NCBI GenBank assembly: GCA_016748015.1
Contig: JAAOMT010000352.1
Coordinates: 1-64,000 of the forward strand
Direction: 5' to 3'
Length of the DNA: 64,000 bases
Origin: Geosiphon pyriformis uo1
Lineage: Eukaryota > Fungi > Glomeromycota
Shown piece after piece: positions 1 through 13,099 of this stretch. Numbering within the stretch: the stretch's first letter is position 1; each line of letters begins with the position of its first letter. A program made the position numbers and the translations under genes. The notes beneath the pieces were generated by a model that saw nothing but the letters and a program-made list of their open reading frames with translations, did not search any database and was not told where the DNA came from.

Positions 1-757
1 CAGACAAGTAGGATTGAAATTAAATGTTAACAAATGTTTCTTTGGCAAAACAGAACTCAAGTTTTTGGGACATGTTGTGAGCAAAGATGATATTAAAACA
101 GATTCAGATAAGATTGAGATTGTTAAAAACTTTCCAGTACCAAATAATCTTACAGAATTAAGAGCATTTTTGAGATTTGCTGGATACTACTGCCACTTTA
201 TCAAAGACTTTTTCAAAATAGCTTAACCACTACACCAGTTCCAAACAAAGAACACCAAATATGAATGGACAGAAACTCAGCAAGAAGCTTTTGATATATT
301 AAGAAGAAAGCTTGTTCAAGCTTCAGTACTGATCTATCTGGATTATAGCAAGCCATTCATAATTATAATTGATACATCTGGTCAAGTATTGGAAATGGTA
401 CTATTGCAAAAAAGACCAGATAAACAAAAACACCCAGTAGCTTATACCAGTAGAAGCTTAAGTCCAACTGAAAAGAACTATGAAACCCCAGCACTAAAGC
501 ACTTAGCTATCTATTAGGCTGTCATCAAATGGAAAGAATACTTAAGTCAAAAGTTTGATGTATATACTGATCACAAAGGACTGACTTCAATCCAGAAGCA
601 AAAATTTGGAGATGATTACTATGCCAAATAGAAAATAGAACTTTTACTATTTAATTATACAGTACATTACAAAAAAGAAAAAAAAACCGGAAATACCAAT
701 GAATTATTATAAATAAGACAAATTTAAAAACATTTCAACCCAAAAATATAACAAAAA

Positions 758-2130
758 ATGAATATACAAAAATACCAACAACTCCAACATTATATAAATA
801 CCCAATTGTTCAAAGAGAAATTATCTCAGAAAAAACAAAACAACATAAAACAACAATCAAAATATTTTATTAATTATCAAAATATACTTTATCAAAAGAA
901 CAAAAAAAATCCAGATTAACCAACCAGAGTAATTACAGAACCAGAAAAGAGACAATATTATTTAACATGCACTCAGACTCAACAACAGAACATTTTCATA
1001 AAGAAGCAATCATGAAAAGAACCAGAAAAAGATACTATTGGCCATCTATATATCAGACATCATCCAATATGTCCAAAATTGTGATGCTTGTTAGAAAAGA
1101 AAAAAAACAAGACCCAGTAAACTGTTAAGACCAATCAAAGTAGAACAACTATTTGATCACATTGAAATTGACTTAGTCAGACCATTAACAATAATCATCA
1201 GAGGCAACAGATATATTGTAGTAGTCATGGACTATTTTACAAAATGGCCAGAAACAAAAGCCATTCAAAGAGTAGATGCAAAATCTGTTGCCAAATTCTT
1301 TTATCAAGATTTGATCTGTCAACACAGATGTCCAAAAGAACTATTATTAGATCAAGAAACTTACTTTGTAAATAGAACATTGGCAGAATTAAGTCAAAGA
1401 TTTGGGATAAAAAGACTATTATTATCATCATATTATCTACAAACAAATGAATTAGTTGAAAAATTCAATAGAACATTGGGTGAAGCAATAGCCAATATCA
1501 GTCAGAAAAACCAAAATAAATAGGATTTGTTCATACCAGCAGTATTATTTGCTTATCAAACAATGAAGCAGAACACTATACAAGCAACATTATTTGAATT
1601 AGTATACAGTAGAACAACAATATTACCAGTTAAGATAGAAGTCAAAACATATCCAACAGAACCAATAACAAAAGAAAATTTTCAAAGAACATTGTTAAGA
1701 AGAACATATGACTTAATGGAAACACTAGAAAACAAATGGCAAAAAACAGCTGATAACATCCAAAAGTCACAAAAGAAACAAAAAAAAAGACATAATCACC
1801 AACTATCAGATAAACCAGTCAAATTCAGAATTGGAAACAAAGTACTTCTACATTGTACCAAAGTGGAAAAACAATGGAGTAGAAAATTTGACCCCAAATG
1901 GGACAGATCATTTCACATAGAAGAAATTCTAAGAAATGGAGCTTATAAATTAAGGTTGAACAACAAAATTTTAACCAAAGCAGCACATAGAGATCAACTG
2001 AAACTCTATTAAAACATAGCATCAGCATCCACCAATAATATTCCACAACTAAGAGCACAGAGAATACTAGTTCAACCAAATGAGATTCTATGAGATCTGA
2101 AACCAATTGTAGTTATTAAACCAAATATGT
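758..2130 (+). pseudogene. Gypsy integrase of Gy-B1 (HHCC remnant, DDE core, GPY/F-like C-terminus), apparently with its own ATG
   Basis: ATG at 758 (MNIQKYQQ); RYYWP and CDAC remnants; DYFTKWPE; KFDPKWDRSF...GAYKL; many in-frame stops. Confidence 0.85.
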
Positions 2131-2195
2131 CAAAATTGAACAACCAAAAGAGTATATAAAAACACAGTATATGTGACAAAAGCAACAAAAAAAAA

Positions 2196-2831
2196 ATGGA
2201 AATACCAGATCATATTCACACATTAGCTCAAAAATTGTTTCAGGCTTTAAGTTAACAGCAAGTAAACATGAAAATTATTATCAACAATCAAACAATTTGT
2301 TATCAAAACACCAAACAAAAAGAGAAAAGTATACCATACCAGCAATCACAGAAACAATCAATAAACTGGTTAGATAAAATAGTAGGGAAAATAAAGAACA
2401 CTTTTGGAAAAATAACCACCATAGTTCCAACAAAAGAACTGGTAAAAGAAAATTGGAACCAATAGATAGACCAGCTTCCAATACCATACTGCTATTATTA
2501 ATTGGGGCGAAAAATAAATATTCAGAAGTTATATCTTAACAAATCCAAGAGAATTTTCAATCAAGAAATAATCAGGAACATTGAAGACATTATTGGAAAG
2601 AAAACAAACTTGACATTACATATTAGAACCATTTATTGATTACACACTATATTTCAAAACTACCCAGAAATATTATTACATTTTAATATGGAAACAATAA
2701 CCATCAACCAATAGGAAAGAATAAACAACTCACAAATTAAAGAAATAAAGAGTAAGGTGGAACAGACACTATTCAAAAAAGAAGTATTTGACATAATTCA
2801 AAATGAGAATTTCAATAGAGCTCAATATTAA
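2196..2831 (+). pseudogene. Gy-B ORF3, orphan ~211 aa protein between integrase and PPT
   Basis: Single frame from ATG 2196 to TAA 2831 with no frameshift; internal stops are all one transition from sense codons; homologs at 58817-59449(-) and ~54040-54668. Confidence 0.7.
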
Positions 2832-2844
2832 AAGGAGGAGATAA

Positions 2845-3615
2845 TGTTACTTATAAAAAAAAACAAATATAAAAAATAGTAGACCAATAAGAGAGTAGTA
2901 GTTAGCACGTGAGCACATTGCTTAGCAATATGGAGCAATGTCAGAAACCACAGCATATTGCTCAGCAATATAAGTATTGCTCAAGAAATCATAGCATATT
3001 ACTTGGGAATGTGAGTGATCTCATAGAACATTAATTATGTATATATAGCAGTAGTATTAGAAGAAGAAAAAACAGACCTCTTAGTTTAGATTTCATCTAA
3101 GCAACCTTTCACATCACAAATATCAATAAATAATTATTTACTATCTCAAATCCACTCCACTATCAACATTTTATGTTAATAGAAGTTGATACTTAATCAC
3201 ACTGGAACAATAGCTCTTAATCATGGCTATTAATAAGATACTAACTTGCAATTGTCTTGGCTTATTTCTTTATTTTCTTTTATTTTTCTTTGTTATTTCT
3301 TTTTGTTTTATTAATTGAAAAAAATTAAAGCACTGAGTTACAGATGTCATAAGGACTGGTAAAAAATCTGTGAAACAAGGGTAGAACACTCATAATTGAG
3401 AATAGCTTACCAAAAGGATTACCAGTCATCATACTGAGAAAGAAATTTGATGGAATTGTAATTCTGAGAGGCTACTAAAACAACAATTGAATCTCTGTCC
3501 ATTATACAAAGAACTCAACAAAAAAAACCTTTAGAAACCAAGATTAATATATCAATTGAGCACCATATTATGGATTTGTTATTTGCTTTGAGACCCCAAA
3601 TAATCATCTGTAACA
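2845..3615 (+). repeat. 3' LTR of Gy-B1 (771 bp); U3 carries TTGCTCAGCAA-type repeats
   Basis: Starts TGTTAC directly after the PPT and ends TGTAACA; TATA-like tatatatagcagtag ~3040; homolog starts at 63631. Confidence 0.9.
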
Positions 3616-4015
3616 TTGTCATTTTGCTAAGAGTCACAAATCTGCCATTTGATTGTCTATAACTAAGTTAAAATTCTATTATGAAAAGCACAACTTCTTG
3701 CCATGTGATGGTTTTTTTTTCCTTCAGTGTTCAGTTTGTTTTTCTTGTGATCTGCTGAGATAATATGGGATTTTGGTTTTAAGCTAAGTATCTATGTGTG
3801 CTTTGGATTGTATTCATGTCTGTTCAAATCAGATTTTGGTTTCTTGAATAAAATTTCTGTAGTGAATAATCTAAGTGTGTAGTACTGTCTTGATTGGTCC
3901 AAGTGACTGGTTATGTGTAAAAAAAGCATAAGCCTTACTTAATTTAGATTTTGTTTTGATTCTATGTATTTAAGTAGTGGTTGAATTGCATTCATAAAAC
4001 TCTGAATAAAAAATA
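3616..4015 (+). mobile_element. 3' end fragment of a LINE
   Basis: 3' UTR motif tgattggtccaagtgactggttatgtgt (3891-3918) matches the LINE 3' UTR at 33993; followed by an A-rich tail. Confidence 0.65.
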
Positions 4016-4029
4016 AAAATAATAAATAC

Positions 4030-4442
4030 TAATTTTAAAAAACCAGTAAACAATTACATAAATTAGGCAATAATTATTAAAGCAATTCTTGTAAAAATAT
4101 TAACAAAGACTGTATAAGCTGCAGTAACTAAATTTGGTTTAATTAAGTCGATCAAAATACAGTTAATAAGACTATAATAAAAGTTATTGTAAAATTAAAT
4201 AGTTAAGTCTAAGTTGATTTTTTAATATTTTAATAGTTTAATTAAAAAAAATACTATTTATATAACTAATACCAATATTAACAAACAATTATAAAATAAA
4301 AAAAATATACATAAAACTTTGCTCTATATTTTTTTATAAATACAAATACACACAATTTGTAGAATTTTGTTTTTTCAAATAATAATAAAACTTGTATTAT
4401 TAATTATAATTTGGCTAATTATTTTTGTGTTAAATATATTAT
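4030..4442 (+). mobile_element. Degenerate LINE ORF1 fragment
   Basis: Translates to KFGLIKSIKIQLI...HKTLLY...KTCII, matching LINE ORF1 at 28200-28500 (KFGKVVSIKMELI...HKTLLY...KTCFI). Confidence 0.65.
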
Positions 4443-5127
4443 TATTATAATTAAAATTTATAATTTTTATTAATTATTATATGTATTAACCATTAATGTT
4501 ATATAATTAGTTATTTTATTTTTAAATAATAATTGTTAACTTAACTGTTGACTTGATTATTAACTTAATTAATAACCTACTTATTAATCTAGTTATTGAT
4601 CTAATTAATAAGTCTCTTAACTATAGAAAAATATATAAGAATATATATAAAAAATTAAAAAAATAAAACAATATTTATCAACTCAATCTTTTTTTTATTG
4701 CTTGTTTTTTATTTTTTATTTTTTATCTTCAAATATCTAAATATTTTAGAATAAAAAATTACTTGTTGGCATTTACCTACTTTTTCTTAATTTGTATAAT
4801 TGTAATATTTGAAAATTATTGAATAAAATATATTTAAAAAATACATTTAATATCTGATATTAAATTCTAAAAGTACTGATATAAAATATAAAATTATATT
4901 AGTATATTATTATTTGTTAACAGTACAGACTATTTCTTTATCTTCAGATTTTTTAGTTTTTTTTTAAAAAAATTAATAACTGAGATATTTTATAAGACTG
5001 ATTTCATATATTGAATCCATATTCATTTAATTTATTTCTTAAAGTTAAATTTTCTTTGATTAATTTTATTATCTTACAATTCTATTTTTTTTTGCTATTT
5101 ATTAATTTATTACTTCAACTTATAACA
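4443..5127 (+). repeat. Gy-A 5' LTR (decayed)
   Basis: Starts tattataatt (=TGTTATGGTT), ends tataaca, followed by taaaag and the PBS; homologous to five other LTR copies. Confidence 0.85.
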
Positions 5128-8100
5128 TAAAAGTAGTGCTTTTTGTAAGATTGTTAAAATTTATTTATTTTTTATTATATGAATAATTATTCATATTTGT
5201 CACAACAATTAGAAAAATATTTTGAAGTACACAACAAAAAGTAATTTAGACTTTATTATACTTAATTCTTTGTTCTCTTGTTTGATTTGCTTCTCTATTA
5301 AAAAACAATTTAGTAGACAATTTTAAGACTTTTGGAACTAATTCTTAAATGAGCATTTAACTAAAACCTATACAGTATATACAACTTATTTCTTTAACTA
5401 AGTTTACTTTAAAAACAATCTTGAAGAAAAAAACAATAACATCAATTAGCTTTTATATTCAACAATCTTTAAACAACAGTTTTTTAACTTTAAATATCTG
5501 AATTATCAAATTCACATCTGAATTGCTGCTTATCAGTTAACTAAAACTTTCTTTGAAACAAAAAAAAAGTTATTAAATTGTTTCTGTTTTTGATTTCTTC
5601 TTAAATAAATCAGATTATTCTACACAAATAGTTACTTTTGAACCAATGACTGCTAATCTCATACAAGCAAATATTCTGGTTATTTTCTAAGATATATATA
5701 CTGCTTTAGGATAAAAAAATAACACCTTACTATTTTTATTTAAAAACAATACACAAAATTCAATTAAATAGTTGGATGATTTTGAAAAAGCAACTACTGC
5801 TAACTAATATGATGCTAAATACAAGTTTCAAATTATTGGTAGCTATTTTTAAAACTTTTTTGCTATTTGGTTTTTACAAAAAACTAATACTAATGCTTAC
5901 CAAAAAATTATCAAATAGACACTAATAAATACCAAAGAAAAAAATATTTTTTTTACTATTTGGTTTAAAAACAAATTCAGAACTCTTATTTTAATTTTTA
6001 AATAGCATATAAAATTAGAAAAAAAAACTCAAGGCTCTGGCAAAGTTGTAACTAAATATGTCAAAGCAATCAAAAAACTTATCAAATAAATAAACTTTAA
6101 AAGAAACTGGACAGAAAAATAAAAAATTTATTTTTTTACAAAAGGATTAAAAACTAATTTATCTTATATTTTTTAATTTTTTTTTGGTTTTAAAAGATAA
6201 TTCAATTATGAATATGATTATTAAATTTGCACAAAAAATTAAAGATAACCAAAAAATACACCTAAAATTTACTTTATTAGTTTTTGTTCTTGCTTTTATT
6301 TTGGCTTTTGCTTCTTAAATAACTGTTATTTTTTTTGCCACCCAAACTCAAAATTTTAATAAACAATTAATAGATAGACTTATAACCAATTTTGTTCAGT
6401 TATTAGAATTCTTAGCTTAAGCATTCAAAAAAACTTAACAACTCTAAAGACCCAAATTTAAATCTTATTTTAATTAGTTTTAGCAGCTTTTTTATCAAAG
6501 ACAGCAAAATTGTGGCCTATTTATGTGCTATTGTTGTGGATTGACTAGATATTTCTTCAAAAATTGCAACAAAATTTTTGCTTAATTATAAATTTTATAA
6601 ACTAATCATTAAATATAGTAAAAAGTTTATTATAATTAAGTATTATCATTAAATAATTTCTCCAATACTTAAACAGAATTAAAAAAACAATTAAATAAAT
6701 CAGATAATAAAAAAAGTAATGAAAAAAAATAAAGAAAAACAAAAAAACATTGCTAAACTTGCTTATATTATTTTTATCAGCAATAATAAGCCACTGGACA
6801 ATATTAAAACTAATAAAAAAATCATTATAAATAGTAAACTAATCTGTTGGTCTTATTATAATATTTTTAGAAGAATATTTAACAGAAAGTTTGGCAAAAA
6901 AACCAAATACAACAACTAGTAGTATAGTCTTTATGCCTAATGTTGGTATAATAAACTATTGTATTTTTTTAATAATAAATATATGTTTTGTCTAATCTAT
7001 TATAAAAATTGGAAATTTATTAACTTAATACCAAAAAAAAAAAAAAAAAAAAAAAAGTGCAAAAGTTTTTTGAGAATAACTACTTAAAATTTAATTATTA
7101 ATTATAAAACAAAAAGAACTTTCTCTTAAAGAAAAAAAAATTAACATTAAAAATTTGTTGGCAAAAAATAGTCCAGTTATCTCAAAAAAATGATGTATTT
7201 ATGTAATACAACACACTATTATCACCAAAAAAACTTGTTTTATTTATTTGAAATCTTATTAGTTTAATTATTGTAATAATAAATTTATCAAAAAAAAAAT
7301 TAGATAAAAAACTTTGAATTCATATAAGAAACCAAAAATAAATAAATTTTTTTAGTTGTAGTAATATTCAAAAAAAATAGAACTTTATGTTTTTGTATTG
7401 ACTATTGTCAATTAAATGTTATTATTAAAAAAGACATATATCTATTTTCCAAAATTAATACAATGCTAAATCAATTCAATAGTGCTGTTTTTTTCTTAAT
7501 TATTAATTTAATTGCTAGATTTTAACAAGTAGAAATAAATCTAAAAAGCAAAAAAAAAACTGCCTTTATTACCAAGTATAGCACCTACAAATTTACAGTT
7601 ATGTTTTTTGGTTTTATTAATATTTTCATCTTTTAATACTTAATAAACAAAATATTTAAATCAGTAAAAAAAACTTTGTTCTAGTTTATTTAAATAACAT
7701 AATAGTATATTCAAAAACTTGAAATAAATATCTTAAACATTTACAAAAAGTTTTTGATTTTTTTAGAAATGTTGATATTAAGATTAATCTAATCAAATCT
7801 TTCTCTAAATAACAATATACCTAGTTTTTTGGTTATTTTATTACAAAAAATAGAATTTTCTTTGATCTAATCAAGATTAAAAAAGTCTAAAACATTAAAC
7901 AACCAATAAATATTTATAAACTACACTTTTTTTTTGATTTAGTCTCTTGTTATTAAAAGTTTGTTAAAGATTTTTTTAAAATTATCTTTCTTTTTAATTA
8001 GCTATTTAAGAAAATTATCAATTATTATTGGGATATATATTAATAAAAAGCCTTTAAAACTTTAAAAAAAAATTAATTACAGAACTTATTTGTATGTAAT

Positions 8101-8867
8101 TTAATCTAAATTAATTTTTTATTTTTTACATTAATGCATCTGGCTTTAGACTTGATATTATTCTTTTCTAGAAAAATAAAGATGACAAAAAACATGTTAT
8201 AGCTTATATTAGCCAATTATTTTCTTCAACAAAACAAAACTATTTAATTATTGAATAAGAATATTTGATAATAGTATAAACTACCAATTACTAAAACAAA
8301 TATTTTTTTGGTGCCAAATTTCTGGTGATAACAGATTATTAAGCTTTGGTTTGACTGTACAAGAAAAAAAAGCTAAAATACAAACAAATAATTTGCTAAA
8401 TACTCTATTTAAATAAATTTGACTATAATATACAATATTATAAAGAAGCAAATTATCAAAATACTGATGTTTTTTCTAAACTTATTATCCAGTAATAGTA
8501 CAATTTTTATAAACCAAACTAACTTAATTATTAATAATTTTTTTTAACTAAACACAATAATAGACTTGAACAACTATTATGCTTTAATAAAATTTTTGAA
8601 TAAAAAACAATATCTACTAAACTATAATCAACAATAAAAAAACATTTGTAAAAACAATCAAATTTTTATTTAATTCATTAAAACCAACTATACAAAAAAA
8701 TAAAAAAGATCTTAATTATTTACAAAAAGTTATTAGATTTGAATAAAAAAAAATTGTGATTTATAATATACATACTAATCTATTAGTTAAATATATTGAA
8801 AAAACAAAAACAAATCAAAAAACACTTGTTTACTATTATTGGCTTATTTTAGGAAAAAACATTGCTG
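4443..8867 (+). mobile_element. Gypsy Gy-A1: 5' LTR, PBS, gag, deletion removing most of PR (~6570), RT, RNase H, 5' integrase; heavily decayed
   Basis: Collinear with 45916-51330; RT motif YLNN at 7687-7698; PBS remnant 5134-5150. Confidence 0.88.
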
Positions 8868-11800
8868 ATATTACTAATAGAATTTTAGTTATTAACTAGT
8901 ATAAAATTACCTTTATGATTTTTATTATTAATTAGTATATATTAATATTATTTCAAATTATTGAATATTACTATTTAATTAATATCTCAATTTATACAAT
9001 AAAAATTAGAATGATCAAATTACAGAAGCAAAAGAGTATATCATAATTGTTGACAATAAGTGACTTAAGAAAGCCAAAGTATTATTTGACTATAAACTTT
9101 GTAAGCTAACTATCAGATGTGGTAAAAAGCTCATTGTGCTTAAGTACTATTATTAGACAACCTCTCTAGTATTCAAGCAAAACCAAGAAAAAAAACAATC
9201 AGATAAATCAAATAATGATAAAAGTGATAAAAAAGAAGATCAAAAAAAACAAGAAGAAACTGCTAAACTCACTTATACTATCTTTACCAGCAATGACAAG
9301 CTACTGGACAATGTTAAAACTGACAAAGAAGAAATTGTGGTAAATGACAAGCTAATTTACTGGTTCTACTATGATATCTTCAGAAGAACCTTTGATAGAA
9401 AACCTGGCAAGAAAGCAAAATACAGTTATTGGTAGCATGGTCTTTGTGCCAGGTGCTAGTGTAATAAACCTTTGTATTCCTCTAGTGATAAATGCAAGTT
9501 CTGTCTGATTTATTACAAAGATTAAAAGCCAATTAGTTTGATATCCAAAGAAAAACTAAAAGAAGTACAGAAGTCCTTTGAGAATAAACCACCTGAAATC
9601 TAATCACTAGTTGTAGAACAAAAAAAATCTTCTCTTGAAAAAAAAAAAGTGGACATTAAAAATTTGTTGGCTAAAAATAGCCCAGTTATCTTAAAAGAAG
9701 GTAATACCCTTGAACAAACTTATGTAATACAATACATTATCACCACAAAAGAAACTTATTTCATCCATTTAAAGTCTTATCAATCTAATCAACACAATAA
9801 TGAGTTCATCAAAAAAGAAATAAACCAGATGAAAAATCTTGGGTTCATACAAGAAGTTAAGAGTAAATGGGCTTTTCCAGTTGTAGTAATATCCAAAAAA
9901 GGTAGAACTCTACACTTCTGTATCAACTACTGCCAATTAAATACCATCACTATAAAAGACATGTATCCACTTTCCAAAATTAATGCAATGCTAAATAAAT
10001 TCAATGATGCTGCTTTCTTCTCAACCATTGACTTAACTGCTGGATTTTGGCAAGTAAAAATAAATCCAGAAAGCAAAAAGAAAATTGCCTTTATTACTAA
10101 GTATGGCACCTATGAATTTACAGTCATGTTTTTTGGTCTCATCAATGCTTTTTTTATCTTTTAATGCCTAATAAACAAAGTATTTAAATCAGTAAAAGAA
10201 AACTTTGTTCTGGTCTACTTAGACAATATAATAGTCTACTCAAAAACCTAAGATAAACATTTTGAACATTTGCAAAAGGTTTTTGACCTGTTCAGAAATG
10301 CTGGTCTTAAGATCAAACTAATCAAATCTTTTTTTGGATACCAATCCACCCAGTTTTTTGGTCATCTTATTACAAAATACAGAATCTTTTCTAACCCAGC
10401 TAAAGTTGAAAAAGTTCAAAACATTAGACAACCAATGAATGTTTCTGAACTATGCTCTTTTCTTAGTTTGGCTTCTTATTATCACAAATTTATCAAGAAT
10501 TTCTCCAAAATCGTCTTTCCTCTCAATTAGCTACTCAGAAAAAATTTTAATTATTACTAGGGCACTTATTAACAAAAAGCTTTTAAAATTCTGAAGGAAA
10601 AACTTTTTACTAAACCAATTCTCAAACAACCTAATCTGGACCAATCTTTTATTTTTTACACTGATGTATATGACTATGAACTTAGTACTGTTTTTTTACA
10701 GAAAGATGAAAATGGCAGAGAATATGCCATAATATATACTAATAGATCTCTTACACCAGCAGAAAAAAACTATTTAGTTACTGAACAAGAATGTTTAGCA
10801 GTAGTTTGGGCTACTAGTTATTGGAATTAATATCTTCTTGGTGTAAAATTTCTAGTAGTAACAGATTATTAAGCCTTGGTTTGACTGCATAATAAAAAGA
10901 AGCTAAAACACAAACAAATAACTCAGTGAATACTCCATTTGGATGAATTTGACTATAATATTCAACACCACAAAAGAGCAAATTATCAAAATGCCAATGT
11001 TTTCTCTAGACTTACCATCCAGTAATAGTACAATCTCTTAACCAAACCAACTTAATTATTAGTAATACTCTCATAAACAAACACAATAATAGACTTGGAC
11101 AACTACTTTGCCTTAATAAAATTTTTGGGTAAAGAACAATACCCACCAGAATACACTTGACAGCAAAAAAAACATTTGTGCAAACAATTAATTTTCTATT
11201 TGATCCATCAGAACCAATTATATAAAAAAAACAGAAAAGATTCTGATTGCCTCCAGAGAGTTATCAGATTTGAAAAAAGAAAAATTGTAATATACAACAT
11301 GTATATTGACCCATTAACTAGACACTTTGAAAAAACAAAAACAATTCAAAAAACTTTAACTCACTATTATTGGTCTACTTTGGGAAAAAACATTGCTAAA
11401 TACATCAAAACCTGTGACATCTGCCAAAGAAAAGGCAAACTGAATTGCAAAGAAAATATCCATCCAATCTCTGTTGGTCAACCATTTGACAGAATTAGTA
11501 TAGATGTTATTGGGCCTTTAACAATAACTTCTGATGGCAACAGATATATTATTACAGCTACTGACTATCTTACAAAGTAGGTAAAAGCAAAAACCACTTT
11601 AGACTAAACAGTAGTCTCAATAGCCAATTTCATTTATGAAGATATTATTTGCTATTATGACTGCTTCAAAAAACTTTTATCTAATAAAGGAAGAGCTTTT
11701 TTCAGTACACTAGTTAAAGAACTTTACAAGAAAATGGAAATACATCACAAACTTTCCTCTTCTTATCACCCCTAAACAAATGACCTAGTAGAATATTTCA

Positions 11801-12397
11801 ATAAAACATTATGTAAAACTCTAGCCAAAACCAGTGAAGAAACAAACTTATGGAACAAAGTACTGTCTTTAGCTTTGTTTGCTTATAGAACTGTAAATTA
11901 TAACATAACAAGTTATGAACCTTTTTATTTGTTCTATGAACATATAATAATACTACTAATAGAAACTAACATTGAGACAATATCTTTTGAAGAAATCACA
12001 ATAGAAAATTACAAAGACATTTTGCAAAGAAAACTTGGTACCATTCTTGATTTCTTGGTAAAAGCACGAATAATTGCTTTTGAAAAGATAAAACAGTTCT
12101 AAAAAAAACTTAAAAAAAAAAAAACCTATAAAACACTTTCTTTAAGTATTGGTAACTGGTATTAGAATACTATTTAAACAGAAACAATATCTATAATAAT
12201 AAATTCTCTAGCCAGTAAAAAGAAACCTTTATAGTTAACAAAGTTTTGAACAATGGTTCTTATATTTTTCAAAATTAATCTGGAACAATCTTCAATGATT
12301 GTTTTGTTCATGGTATATAACTCAAGAAATATTATAAACAATCTAATTGGTTGCCTATTGTAGTAATATCAACCCAAATAATCAGCAAAAATCAAGT

Positions 12398-13099
12398 ATA
12401 AATAAATGTACCATTTCTAAAACAGAGGTATCTTCAATTAACATAAATAATTATTTTCTGGATCAAAACATTCAAAACATCTTCTATATTTTCTATGAGT
12501 ATTGGATCAAAAACTATCCAAATACTACTTTGACCATTGAAAAACAAACCACTATAACTAATAACAATAGAATATATACTATTATTAAACCAAAAAAAAC
12601 CACTACCAGAAGAGAAAAAATTGGTAGCAAAATGGATAAATATCTGTTAGAAAGTATAACATCAGCTATACTCTTACCTTTTAGCACAATTGAAAAAACA
12701 ATCCAAGAAATTTTGCTCATAGACAAAAATTTGTCATATCAAAGGCAATTAGAACTTTATGGTTGCCTTAGAGAAATCATAAAAGATTTAAAACTCATAA
12801 AAAAAATAACTTCAGAGATATAGGCAGAAATTTTGAATATTATATAATTAGACATTTCAAAAGTTTTAACTATTGCTAAAAGAGCCAAAACTCTAATACA
12901 AAGATTTGGTCTCTTAGATACAAAACTTATTTCATTTCAAGTATTATATATCTTATTTATAAAAAACTTCAACAAACTAGTTAGCTTTGAGTTAGATAAA
13001 ATTTTTCAAATAGATTACACTATGAATAGCTTGATTTTGCCAAAGCTTAATTTCTTTGAAGAGAATGATATTATGGTTGAAACTTATATTTCTTATTAA
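12398..13099 (+). pseudogene. Gy-A ORF3, orphan ~220-230 aa protein running through the PPT into the LTR; start codon uncertain
   Basis: One frame throughout (..QRQLELYGCLREII..AKRAKTLIQRFGLLDTKLI..FEENDIMVET); only two internal stops, both CAR>TAR type; homolog ~52329-53030. Confidence 0.65.

Larger units (their letters stand above)
1..3615 (+). mobile_element. Ty3/Gypsy LTR retrotransposon Gy-B1, 3' part (RT C-terminus, RNase H, integrase, ORF3, PPT, 3' LTR); degenerate
   Basis: RT thumb KCFFGKTELKFLGHVV...LRAFLRFAGYY (14-226); RNase H ~340-720; integrase core DYFTKWPE...QTNELVEKFNRTL (1227-1523); PPT aaaggaggagataa 2831-2844; LTR 2845-3615. Confidence 0.93.

Noticed and set aside
11022-11062. 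GT..AG mini-intron removing the RNase H/integrase stops
   Set aside because: The candidate is 41 nt and would put integrase out of frame.
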